A stretch of 64,000 bases of DNA. Source: a virus (lineage: Duplodnaviria; Heunggongvirae; Uroviricota; Caudoviricetes). Numbering within the stretch: the stretch's first letter is position 1; every line of letters starts with the position of its first letter. The position numbers and the translations under genes are program-made. Where the stretch lies: the IMG/VR virus record IMGVR_UViG_3300008108_000006. One strand, given 5' to 3'. Shown in pieces: positions 1-9,488 of this stretch. The notes under the pieces were generated by a model. That model ran no database searches and was not told the origin of the DNA. It saw only the letters and a program-made list of their open reading frames with translations.

Positions 1-75
1 ACTCTCGTAATGAGCACGATACTTACCAAGTACCTCTTCCAATAACTCAACTAACAACTCTGACTCGTCATTCAT
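1..75 (-). CDS. 5' end of a CDS running off the left edge; possibly DNA primase
   Basis: Manual translation from ATG at 75 gives MNDESELLVELLEEVLGKYRAHYES, open to the window edge and directly downstream of a Bacteroidota-type promoter. The primase call is inferred only from context (next to the resolvase) and a recalled resemblance to primase N-termini in large phages. Confidence 0.45.
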   Translation of the reverse strand, partial: MNDESELLVELLEEVLGKYRAHYES

Positions 76-80
76 ACGAG

Positions 81-112
81 CAAAGATAATTCACTTTTTT
101 GACTTTACCAAA
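81..112 (-). promoter_or_regulatory. Bacteroidota sigma70-type promoter (-33 TTTG / -7 TAnnTTTG)
   Basis: Minus strand reads TTTG-GTAAAGTCAAAAAAGTGAAT(20 nt)-TATCTTTG, ending 5 nt before the ATG at 75. This is an exact match to the Bacteroides/Flavobacterium consensus. Confidence 0.7.
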
Positions 113-179
113 TTTTTTATGAATTTTGTTATTTTGTGTGGTATATAACAAAGATAGAGTAGTGGAATTATCACCCACA

Positions 180-782
180 TTACGACCAAATACCCTCCTG
201 TTTCATATAACCCAAAACACAACAATAAGCATCACTCATATCATAAACTTCCTTTTTCAAAGTATTGTTTTTGGTGTATTGCCAAGTTATCTGAGGTTCT
301 CTTTTTGCCACCAATTCCCAAATGATATGTTTCTTATCAATATCTTTTGGAAGACCACCGAATAAAACAAATTTCTTCTTATCATTTTCTTTAACTAATT
401 CGGGAAACGCACATTTTCTTGAGTTGTAGGTTGTTATATAGTCGGGAACCAACCCAAGAGTATCATAAATTAGTTTCGTAATAAATGAATTAAACCTCAA
501 TAAAGTTCCAACAGTGTAGATGTTATTACTATTCAACAAAGGTTCTTCAATTATAACTTTAGTAATACCCAAATCTTTATAATCATTTAACTTAGTTTGA
601 AAGGTCTCCGCCTTATCCAAAAGTTCGTGAATTTTATTTTCTCTTTTTACTTTTGTTTTCGGTGAAACATGTGTCAATTCTAATAACTCGCTCGTTTTAA
701 TATCAAAAAGTGCCCACCCAATTGTGCTAGTAGAAATATCCAAACCAAGAACTTTTGGTGAATTCTTTAAATCTTTTCCCAT
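180..782 (-). CDS. RuvC-like Holliday junction resolvase
   Basis: RNase H-fold RuvC motifs: LGLDISTSTIGWA (first Asp), VIIEEP (Glu) and C-terminal DMSDAY; 200 aa. Confidence 0.8.
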   Translation of the reverse strand: MGKDLKNSPKVLGLDISTSTIGWALFDIKTSELLELTHVSPKTKVKRENKIHELLDKAETFQTKLNDYKDLGITKVIIEEPLLNSNNIYTVGTLLRFNSFITKLIYDTLGLVPDYITTYNSRKCAFPELVKENDKKKFVLFGGLPKDIDKKHIIWELVAKREPQITWQYTKNNTLKKEVYDMSDAYCCVLGYMKQEGIWS

Positions 783-818
783 AAAATAGTTTTATAACTT
801 AAAAATGTTAAATTTTCA

Positions 819-2957
819 TTAAAAATCAAGCTTAATTACAAATTGTTGTAATCCTGTTCTTTTTGTTGGTGATTGTAGCTTAGATATTAACATTAAATCT
901 TTGTTAGAATCATACAATCCGATCTCGGTGACATAAGGTGTGTATGTCGTATTCCAAGTTGGATTAGAACTCTTTTGGAATTGTTCTTGTGTTAAATTAA
1001 CCTCATACTTCATTTCATATATTGTTGCGGCAATATCGGTTTTAATTGTACCGTAGAAGAAAATCTCATCACCAAATTGAATACCTTGCTGTGTTGGTGA
1101 TGGGTTTGTCATATAATCCGACAAATAATATGATGGTGCATTATTATATGATGTTTCATCAATAACAAACGTTGTTCCTGTAATACCCGCAGGTGTTAAA
1201 TAAATACCATTCTTTGTAATTCCCGAAGTAACGTCTATATATCTCCAATTTGTCGGTGTTGGTAACGCACCATTTGATGTCTTTTGGACCAACAGATACA
1301 TTTGATTAGCATTAAACCCTGAACAAGATGATGTTGGGCTTCCATTCATAAATGGGAACTCATTACCAAATCTTACAGATACGTTAGCAACATCGTTCTC
1401 GGGATCACCACTGACTTTGGAATAGATATTACAATGTAATGAATTGGTAAAAGTTCCACCCGTAGAGTTAAATCTATACGTCACATACATCGTATCGGAA
1501 CTTGATGTTAAAACACCCGTAGAACCTTGTCCTCCACCCGCACAAACGTTAGGAACTATTCTTGATACTTTGGGTACCGGTAGTGTCCAAGACCTGTTAG
1601 AAGCATAAGACATCGCAGCAATAATCTCTTGATCATCAAATACAACCATCTTATGATCGGGAAATACCTTACCAACACGATTAGGAATACCATTACTATT
1701 TGGTTTATTATCCCACAAATCGTAATATCTAATACCGGGATTATTCATGTCGGTATTTTTAATAGATGTTAAATATTTTACCTCGGCAAGATTAGCTGAT
1801 GTAAAACCTGTAGGATCAATATAGAAAGTTTGACCGATCGTTCCACCACTATTTTTATGCCACATCAACCAAGGAATTTCAACACTAAAGTTTCTTGCTA
1901 ACCCTGTTGGATCTGCATCAACATCATAAGGTTCTGTTGCAAACTTCTCACCATAAAAATTATCAATAGATTGATTAGTATAATGAACAATAGCGATTGC
2001 TCTTTGCATTTCGGGATCAACATTAATTTTTTCCGAGAATGAATTATAGTATGATGTTCCAGTATTGACTGTTTGTCCCGATGATGATTGATATCCTAAA
2101 TATTCTTTTGTTCCTAAATAACCAACAGTTCCATAATTCTCATAACTATTATTAAAACCATTGATATATCCTGCAAAATTCTCACTCCAAACTATAGACA
2201 TATTCCAAACCTTTGGATAATCCTGAGAAATATCACAAGGTGTTTCAAAATTAATAGCGTCCGTACTCCAATAATATGATGGTGTTTCTGAATCGTAGAA
2301 CGGTGTAAAAGTAGATGGGTAATTTATCATTCTACTTGATGAGCAAGTGAATGCTGTATAATTTGGTAATGTTCTATCTACCACAACGTTTCCTGTACTC
2401 GCACTTTGAACACGATAAACAAACATGGGTGATCTTCCTGTAATTGTTCCACAACCCGAATTGTTGGTGAATAAGAATAAGAATGTTCCCGCAGAAATCG
2501 TACTTGTTGTTCCACAACCATCACTAACACCACGTAATGTTGTTCCACCACTTAATGTTGATGCGCGATATTGTGAATTAATCGTATATGAACTTGTTGT
2601 AAAAGCACTTGATCCACTGAAAAACCCTAATGGTTCTGCAGTATTAAAAACTTGTGTTGATTGTGAAGCGTTAAACGGTATTCCATATGTCAATCCACTA
2701 CTTCCCGCCAAATAGAAAGGATATTTAACATAGTTTTTTGTGCTTTGAGGCGATCCTGTATTATTTTGGTCATTAAAGTTTGGTTGTAATACGTTACCAT
2801 TCTTTTGGTTAAACCCTGTGGCACAACCATAACACACTTCGGAATCTCCGACTTGAAAATAACTAATGTTAAAATTACCTTGTGATAATTTATTTCTACC
2901 AGCATCCGTTAAGATACTCGTAATTAAAGCTGAAGTTGATTTTATTATATACGACAT
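819..2957 (-). CDS. Virion structural protein, tail-fibre/baseplate attachment type
   Basis: N-terminal ILTDAGRNKLSQG and C-terminal VTEIGLYDSNKDLMLISKLQSP resemble the tail-collar/fibre attachment motifs of myophage proteins; lies in the structural block. Confidence 0.6.
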   Translation of the reverse strand: MSYIIKSTSALITSILTDAGRNKLSQGNFNISYFQVGDSEVCYGCATGFNQKNGNVLQPNFNDQNNTGSPQSTKNYVKYPFYLAGSSGLTYGIPFNASQSTQVFNTAEPLGFFSGSSAFTTSSYTINSQYRASTLSGGTTLRGVSDGCGTTSTISAGTFLFLFTNNSGCGTITGRSPMFVYRVQSASTGNVVVDRTLPNYTAFTCSSSRMINYPSTFTPFYDSETPSYYWSTDAINFETPCDISQDYPKVWNMSIVWSENFAGYINGFNNSYENYGTVGYLGTKEYLGYQSSSGQTVNTGTSYYNSFSEKINVDPEMQRAIAIVHYTNQSIDNFYGEKFATEPYDVDADPTGLARNFSVEIPWLMWHKNSGGTIGQTFYIDPTGFTSANLAEVKYLTSIKNTDMNNPGIRYYDLWDNKPNSNGIPNRVGKVFPDHKMVVFDDQEIIAAMSYASNRSWTLPVPKVSRIVPNVCAGGGQGSTGVLTSSSDTMYVTYRFNSTGGTFTNSLHCNIYSKVSGDPENDVANVSVRFGNEFPFMNGSPTSSCSGFNANQMYLLVQKTSNGALPTPTNWRYIDVTSGITKNGIYLTPAGITGTTFVIDETSYNNAPSYYLSDYMTNPSPTQQGIQFGDEIFFYGTIKTDIAATIYEMKYEVNLTQEQFQKSSNPTWNTTYTPYVTEIGLYDSNKDLMLISKLQSPTKRTGLQQFVIKLDF

Positions 2958-2975
2958 ATCTATAATTATTATGAA

Positions 2976-5240
2976 TTAGTAATTTGAAATTTGAGCACCG
3001 AATGGATTAGAAATTGCAATACCCATTCCAATTACTTTACAATCTATTATTCTTCTTTGAGTAAATCTTACATCCACATTTACATTAACATTTATGTTAT
3101 TCCTACAAGTTGTAGAAATATAACCATCTCTTGTTATTGTTGCGTTATAGTTAGCATTATATTCAATAGTAACAACATCGTCCTTTTGAATATTAAATGA
3201 GGATCTTATATATGTTAAATCACCCTTAAATTCTCTATTCGTTAAATTACAATAAGAAGGCATCGGGAAATTAGTTGTAGGATCTGTAGTAATTGTTTGT
3301 GCAACACCATTTACCTTAACCACCGGAGTTACATTAAATGTATAAGCAAATCCTGTTTGAACGTTTTGATATGTGAATGATTTTTGAATAGTCAAACCAA
3401 CCGGTATTGTCGCACCTACAGGAATCTGATCGGTACCTAAAATGGTATATTTACGATACCCACTACCTTGTTGAACAAAAGAATTACCAGGTCCAATTGG
3501 TGGGAAATTATTTTGTTGTGAATCCAACCTTGCCGTTAATTCATAGGTCGTTAATGGCTGACTACCAACAACCGCAGTTGTACTAACAACATTGTTATCA
3601 TCATCCTTCAATCTAACTTGATAGGTACCATTTGAAAGCCCTGAGAAATACGGTGATGCTTGATAAGTTAAACCACCATTTACTGAATATAAATAAGGTT
3701 GTGTTCCACCATTTCCAATCACCAAGATTGCACCATAATGTGTTGATGGTGTAGCATAACAAGTGTCATCGGTAATATTCACACTAACCGTTGGTGTTGA
3801 TGCCGTACATGTTCCCGTAACAACAACAGCAGTACTGAAAACAGGATAACCACCAACAATCCAACCACTTGTTGGAACGATAGAGGTTGATGTTGAATAT
3901 ATTTGTGTCGATAAATATGTGTTTTGAACCAAATCCCATCTAGTACCTGACCATCTAATATTCCACGTTCCTCCACCTGTAGACGCACTCCACGATTGTC
4001 TTCCATTTACGAAATAAGTAGAGTTAAACGTCACAGCCGAAGTAATAGCATCACTTTGTAATGTTAAACAAATGGTCGGTACCACTGCAGGTGTTGTGCT
4101 AGGTGTAATTGTTGGGGTAGGCGTAACTGTTGGTGTTGGTGTTAAACTAATGATCGTACAAGTTGTTACCGCAGTATAATCACCATAATAATCTACCGTA
4201 GTCGCAACATAATCACCCGGTAACAATCCAACTCTATACGTTCCCGTACCACCATCGGACCAAGTTGTGGTATATGGTGCCGTTCCACCATAAATGGTTA
4301 AAGTAATTGTTCCATCGGGTGTTGTTGATGACGATGCACTAGTACCCGAACAAGATACCGTTAAATCCACAACATTATTAACCTTACAATCTGATATGAT
4401 TGAAGGTCTTAATGGTCTTGTACCCGTAGCACTTAACGTATTAGTTGTTGATGGTGTGTTAGACGGTGTTGTATTAGGTCTTCTCGTATTAGAAGGGGTA
4501 ATACTCGGTGTTGGTGTCATAGTCGGTGACGTTGTTGGTGTTGGTGTTGGTGTAGGACAAGCAATTGCGGTTACCTCACCACCACCATTATAACAAGATT
4601 GACAATTAGAATATAATCCCGATAAATAACCTTGTATTGTTCCAATAGTTCCCGAAGGATAATATTGATAACAAGAACCCGAATACCTATAAACGGGTGT
4701 TGGGTATTCTGAAAGATCCAAAACTTTAACATTAAATGTTTTTACATCGGACGCATTACAACAATTTACAAAAGTAGTTGCTGTATAAACAACCGTTTGT
4801 GATGCAGCATACTCATTACACGCAACACAACTATTAAATGATGTATAACTTAAAGTATCATTTGCCGAAGTATTTGTTGAAATACTATTAGCCGAGTAAC
4901 ATAGATTATCATCACCCGTTCCATTAAAGAACGCAACAACACCTGTCGGAAATGTTGAAGATTCAATGAACCCTTCTCTAATTGCTGTTCCGTTACACTG
5001 AACAAACTTAACTCTAACTCTTCCCGATGAGTTACAATCCGTACAATTATTAAAATATGGTGTAGAAGGAAAAAATAATTGTGGTTGAGTGTTAGTAACA
5101 TCCCAAGAACCACCATCCGTCCAACAACCAGTTCCAAGTCTTATAACCTGACCGGGAACAAACACTTGGTCATTAACCACCGCATACAGTTGGGCTGAGG
5201 GGTTACTACAAAAATTAAATAATCTATTTCTAAATGCCAT
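2976..5240 (-). CDS. Putative tail fibre/adhesin with Cys-rich modules, Pro-Thr linkers and SprB-like repeats
   Basis: Repeated CxxC modules (FNNCTDC, FNSCVAC, YSNCQSC), PTPTPT linkers and SprB-like GGTAPYTTTWSDG / GGTQPYLYSVNGG motifs. Confidence 0.6.
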   Translation of the reverse strand: MAFRNRLFNFCSNPSAQLYAVVNDQVFVPGQVIRLGTGCWTDGGSWDVTNTQPQLFFPSTPYFNNCTDCNSSGRVRVKFVQCNGTAIREGFIESSTFPTGVVAFFNGTGDDNLCYSANSISTNTSANDTLSYTSFNSCVACNEYAASQTVVYTATTFVNCCNASDVKTFNVKVLDLSEYPTPVYRYSGSCYQYYPSGTIGTIQGYLSGLYSNCQSCYNGGGEVTAIACPTPTPTPTTSPTMTPTPSITPSNTRRPNTTPSNTPSTTNTLSATGTRPLRPSIISDCKVNNVVDLTVSCSGTSASSSTTPDGTITLTIYGGTAPYTTTWSDGGTGTYRVGLLPGDYVATTVDYYGDYTAVTTCTIISLTPTPTVTPTPTITPSTTPAVVPTICLTLQSDAITSAVTFNSTYFVNGRQSWSASTGGGTWNIRWSGTRWDLVQNTYLSTQIYSTSTSIVPTSGWIVGGYPVFSTAVVVTGTCTASTPTVSVNITDDTCYATPSTHYGAILVIGNGGTQPYLYSVNGGLTYQASPYFSGLSNGTYQVRLKDDDNNVVSTTAVVGSQPLTTYELTARLDSQQNNFPPIGPGNSFVQQGSGYRKYTILGTDQIPVGATIPVGLTIQKSFTYQNVQTGFAYTFNVTPVVKVNGVAQTITTDPTTNFPMPSYCNLTNREFKGDLTYIRSSFNIQKDDVVTIEYNANYNATITRDGYISTTCRNNINVNVNVDVRFTQRRIIDCKVIGMGIAISNPFGAQISNY

Positions 5241-5271
5241 ACTAATAAATAATCATTAAGTCGTTTTTTTT

Positions 5272-6315
5272 TTATGGACATGAAGGATCTCCACAACCAC
5301 CACCAATAAGAGTTATTGTCTCACCACCAATGTCAATAGCCTGATTTGCGGAAGTTAAAGTGTCATCAAATTGGTAACATTCCGGACCTAATACTGTAAT
5401 TTGAATAACATCACCATTATTATATGATGATAGATCTTGATTATAAATTAATCTAGTTTCTGCAGGATTGTTACATTGTTTCACAATTCTTGGTTGATAT
5501 GGTGTTGATGCTGTAAACCAAATATTAGTCGTTCCGGGATATGTGGTGTTGTAAGGATATTCAATCGACGTTCCTTGATCCAATTGATAATAATCATTCT
5601 TATTTGTAGATATACTATTACCCGTCCAAACCCATTCATTACTGTTTGAGGTAACACCACTCGCAGTTATACCATACAATGAAATTAAAGTTCCGCCATA
5701 ATTCTTTAATTGATGTATGTGAACACCCGAACCCGTTTCAACATCATATTGTTCATTAGGCGAATAAATAGTTCTGATTTTAAATTCATTTGCCTCAACT
5801 GCAGTGATTATTAATTTATTTTGTGCTGGAGGACCTTGATTTTGAGTATCATATAAATTATCAGTTCTAACATTTTCTCCTTGAACTAAATAAAGATTTG
5901 AAAATGAAGCATTGATTATTGATCCATTATAAAATTGACCCTCACCTATTTCATTAGAATCAAACTTCAGAATATTAATCTGTTGTGTTGGATTAGTAGG
6001 TGATGGTGTCATTGTATTTGTTGGTGTCATTGTATTTGTTGGTGTATTCGTAGGTGTTTGAGATGGTGAAGCGGTGATTGACGCTGTTGGTGTTTGAGAT
6101 GGTGGAATTTCATTTTGTATTCCAACACTCCCAAGAGAATCCACTATTTTAACACCAAGCAATGATAATGTATCATATGGTGCGGGAACATTTATTGTAA
6201 AATTATTAGTGGTCGTTGATGTTGAATAATAAACAAACGACCCGTAAGCATCTCCTACGTAAATGTCAATCGGTGGAACCGCTGTTATTGAAGTAACTGA
6301 TATTGTTGTTGCCAT
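5272..6315 (-). CDS. Putative virion surface/fibre protein with Pro-Thr linker
   Basis: 347 aa ORF with a TPTNTM-type low-complexity linker between beta-rich regions; lies in the fibre cluster. Confidence 0.5.
   Translation of the reverse strand: MATTISVTSITAVPPIDIYVGDAYGSFVYYSTSTTTNNFTINVPAPYDTLSLLGVKIVDSLGSVGIQNEIPPSQTPTASITASPSQTPTNTPTNTMTPTNTMTPSPTNPTQQINILKFDSNEIGEGQFYNGSIINASFSNLYLVQGENVRTDNLYDTQNQGPPAQNKLIITAVEANEFKIRTIYSPNEQYDVETGSGVHIHQLKNYGGTLISLYGITASGVTSNSNEWVWTGNSISTNKNDYYQLDQGTSIEYPYNTTYPGTTNIWFTASTPYQPRIVKQCNNPAETRLIYNQDLSSYNNGDVIQITVLGPECYQFDDTLTSANQAIDIGGETITLIGGGCGDPSCP
6004..6045. repeat. 18-bp tandem repeat (about 2.3 copies) encoding the TPTNTM linker
   Basis: tggtgtcattgtatttgt twice, followed by tggtgt. 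Confidence 0.8.
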
Positions 6316-6322
6316 ATTTTTT

Positions 6323-9300
6323 TTATGTTACAGTATAAGTAAAGAATTGTTGAGTGGGTGATGTAATTATTTTAGTTCCTGAAATAGTCGCACATTGACC
6401 ACTCCAACTAACAAACGTATTATTATTACTAGGTACACCCGCACCAGTTGTGAAATATGCTGCTAAGATGTTTGAACTAACCGTTAGAGTTTGAGAACAT
6501 CCTCCCGGTAAATTAGGTACCGACAATACTGTACCCGAATATGTCAATTGAAGTGTTATGGTATCGCCGTTTTGGAATGTGAAGGGTAAAAATCCTCCCG
6601 CACTAACAGATGTTGGTGCCAAGTTTGAAAGTCTCCAACCTGAACCACTCAGATAATTACCGGTACTAGCTCTTCTAACTTGATTAAATATTGTTGATCC
6701 ACTATCTGTACAGGTACCTCCTGATGGATTCACACCTGAAGCTGTCGCCAAGGTTCTTGTTGTCGCCGTAACCAAACTTCCGTTCTTAATAATATTCGCC
6801 GTAACCTGCCATGGTTGTGTTGTCATACCTGAGAAGAAACCTGTTTGAGTGTTAAAACTCATACCCCACTGATCGTTAAATGATCCATTCCAAGTTGCTC
6901 CCGTAGGTACGTTAGTTAAACCACTCAATACTGCAGTTCCCGAATACACTACCGTAATCGCACTTCCCGGATATGTCGTACCTGTAATATCAACGGAGTA
7001 TGCTGTTGCCGCTGACGATACAAATATCGGTGTTCTACTCCAAACAAATGATGTAATCGCACTAAATGTATTCGCCGAACTTGGTCTTGTAATAGTTACC
7101 GGTGTTACGGATGTTTGAGCATTAGTAATATTATCTCTAACAACAATTCCATATGTACTACTTGATAAACCCGAGAATAATGTGCTAGACGAGAATGTAA
7201 CACCACTATTGATTGAGTATATATAGTTAGAACCCGTCGCACCTGATCCTGTAACATTAATAATTCCGAAGAACCTATTCGCAGTTATTGCACTATTTGT
7301 ATAACTTTCACAAGTATCATTTGATGATGCCAAACTTAAAATACCGATTGCCGGTAAAGTAGGTGTTGGTGTTTGTGTTGGTGTTGCAGTATTTGTCGGT
7401 GTTACCGTTGGTGTAGGAGTAGGTGTTGATGGTGTTAAACAATCAACACAAGATGAGAATGACGCAATAGCACCTCCATAAACAACATTTGATGAGTTGT
7501 CAGTATAATCTGTTAAAGTAACACAAGTAGATATACCATCAATATAAGCACTAAAAATACTACCTCTTGTAATTGTCGTACCCGTTATAGAAATATTTTC
7601 AGAAACAATGTATTCATCACCCGTCGAACAATCAGTAAGAACTTTATTTCCACCGGGACAAATAAATGGTGAATTTACAATTTCATATATTGAAGTACCA
7701 CTTGAAGAAACCGATCTTGTTGGAATAGGTGTATTTGTTGGTGTTTGTGTTGGTGTAGGACTCGGACTTGTTCTTGTTACAGATATTGTAAATGTAACCG
7801 CAGCGGGTGAAGTCGTAGAAGGTGTTGGTGTAAATGTTGGTGTCGTAGTAGGTGTCGCTGTTGGTGTTGCAGTATTCGTCGTCGTTATTGACGGAGTTGG
7901 TGTTGTAGTTGGAGTTGGTGTCGGTGTTTTGGTTGGTGTTGGAGTTGGACAACTACTAACATCAAAAACACTATCACATATGTCGGGACAATCTGTCGAA
8001 CATGGTTGCTTACCACTTAAAATACAAGAACCACCTAAAGATGTTGATAAACACCATTTATTACCATCATAAAACACTGTAGCGGCAGATATTGTCCCAC
8101 CACTATAAATATTTTTACCATTGTAATATGTTATGCTTTTTGTATAATTCCCACTATACGCCGATAATGACGGAAATGAAGTATTGAAACAAAAATTATC
8201 ATCGGTACAACCTGTAACAACTGGTGGTAAATTCGCAAAAAGCGGAATGTTTGGTAATCCATAATTAAAATTAACACCACCACCCGTACTAGCATTAAAA
8301 TTAGAAATAGTTACTGCCGATAATCGGTCATTAGGATTATCAATATAATATAACTCAGTGGTACCTCTATTTGTGAAATATATTTTTTCATCAACCGCTA
8401 AGTGTAAAGTACCTAAACTATTACCACCCGTTTGAACAAATGTTGCATAATTTGTTGATGCAGTAACGGTTGTCGCACTTACAGGTGGTGTTGTATTAAG
8501 ATTAAATTGTAGTATCTTCCCACCCGCAGACGTTTGAAATTCGGAAACATATAAATAATTACCATCGGGTGAGAATTCACATCCTAAAACATCACCAACA
8601 TCAAAAACCTCGGGATTAGCACCATTGATATCATATATCGTATAACCCGTATTTCCCAATAAAACTTTTTCATTAGTTAAAGCACCGGTTGATCTATCAA
8701 AATCAAAAATACTTACAGCAGGTCTGTAAGCCGTGTATGATGGTACCGCCAAAGAATCACCAAGAACCATCGCAACTTTACTATAATCGGGTGATGGTTT
8801 TATTTGACCATAATTATTATACCCCTGTAAAACTTGAGCGGTGGTTGAGGTATATGGTGTTCCCGAAATACCTATATTATTAATTAGAAATGAATGTATT
8901 TGATTTCTACCCCAATTAGGTGTTATTACCCATAGATCTTGACCATTTTGATGTAAGGCAGTTGTTAATACCTCAGCATAACCATATCCGTTATTAGAAC
9001 CTAACGGATAATTAGCTTCACCCCCCGTTGTTGATCTATTACCTAATTCAACATTTGTATTTATAACTTGGAAAAATGGTGATGTTCCACCAGTATATTT
9101 GAGTGTATTATACGTTAATGCTTGACTTGAGTTACCATAACCATTTTCAGTGAACGCCGCACCCACACCAACTGTTAGAACATAATACGTATCCGAACTA
9201 TATGGTGATTGTAAAATAGTTGCCGATTGCATCGAAAAAGCACTTCCCGATAAACCTGTTGCAATGTCCGTTCCTCCCGATGTTTTGATTGTAACACCAT

Positions 9301-9487
9301 CAGAAACAAGTAATAATTTACCATTATCGTCAGAAAAACTGGTCCCACTCTCACCATTAGTTGCAAAAAAATCAATGGAACTTGTTACAATTTCGGGTGA
9401 CCCACCACTAAATGTAATCCATATATTATTACCAGTCGTTTCGTGTGACGCAATCCAGTTCCAACCTTGTTTTGTATTTAATGCCAT
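6323..9487 (-). CDS. Putative tail fibre/receptor-binding protein with beta-propeller-like N-terminus and Pro-Thr linkers
   Basis: N-terminal blades (SDDNGKLLLVSDG, GQIKPSPDYSKVA, EFSPDGNYLYVS, LAVDEKIY...YGLPN) resemble propellers of Bacteroidota surface proteins; three PT-rich linkers and Cys-rich modules. Confidence 0.6.
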   Translation of the reverse strand: MALNTKQGWNWIASHETTGNNIWITFSGGSPEIVTSSIDFFATNGESGTSFSDDNGKLLLVSDGVTIKTSGGTDIATGLSGSAFSMQSATILQSPYSSDTYYVLTVGVGAAFTENGYGNSSQALTYNTLKYTGGTSPFFQVINTNVELGNRSTTGGEANYPLGSNNGYGYAEVLTTALHQNGQDLWVITPNWGRNQIHSFLINNIGISGTPYTSTTAQVLQGYNNYGQIKPSPDYSKVAMVLGDSLAVPSYTAYRPAVSIFDFDRSTGALTNEKVLLGNTGYTIYDINGANPEVFDVGDVLGCEFSPDGNYLYVSEFQTSAGGKILQFNLNTTPPVSATTVTASTNYATFVQTGGNSLGTLHLAVDEKIYFTNRGTTELYYIDNPNDRLSAVTISNFNASTGGGVNFNYGLPNIPLFANLPPVVTGCTDDNFCFNTSFPSLSAYSGNYTKSITYYNGKNIYSGGTISAATVFYDGNKWCLSTSLGGSCILSGKQPCSTDCPDICDSVFDVSSCPTPTPTKTPTPTPTTTPTPSITTTNTATPTATPTTTPTFTPTPSTTSPAAVTFTISVTRTSPSPTPTQTPTNTPIPTRSVSSSGTSIYEIVNSPFICPGGNKVLTDCSTGDEYIVSENISITGTTITRGSIFSAYIDGISTCVTLTDYTDNSSNVVYGGAIASFSSCVDCLTPSTPTPTPTVTPTNTATPTQTPTPTLPAIGILSLASSNDTCESYTNSAITANRFFGIINVTGSGATGSNYIYSINSGVTFSSSTLFSGLSSSTYGIVVRDNITNAQTSVTPVTITRPSSANTFSAITSFVWSRTPIFVSSAATAYSVDITGTTYPGSAITVVYSGTAVLSGLTNVPTGATWNGSFNDQWGMSFNTQTGFFSGMTTQPWQVTANIIKNGSLVTATTRTLATASGVNPSGGTCTDSGSTIFNQVRRASTGNYLSGSGWRLSNLAPTSVSAGGFLPFTFQNGDTITLQLTYSGTVLSVPNLPGGCSQTLTVSSNILAAYFTTGAGVPSNNNTFVSWSGQCATISGTKIITSPTQQFFTYTVT

Positions 9488-9488
9488 G

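Noticed and set aside
180-782. RuvC-fold protein as a possible TnpB/Cas12-like effector for the repeat-spacer units
   Set aside because: Only 200 aa with a contiguous resolvase-type RuvC, no zinc finger or REC/WED region, and 57 kb from the array in a replication context.
4294-8072. Plus-strand Val/Gly-rich ORFs (4294-4593, 7608-8072) and similar short antisense ORFs throughout
   Set aside because: Shadow frames of Pro-Thr repeats and of long minus-strand genes; no independent signals.
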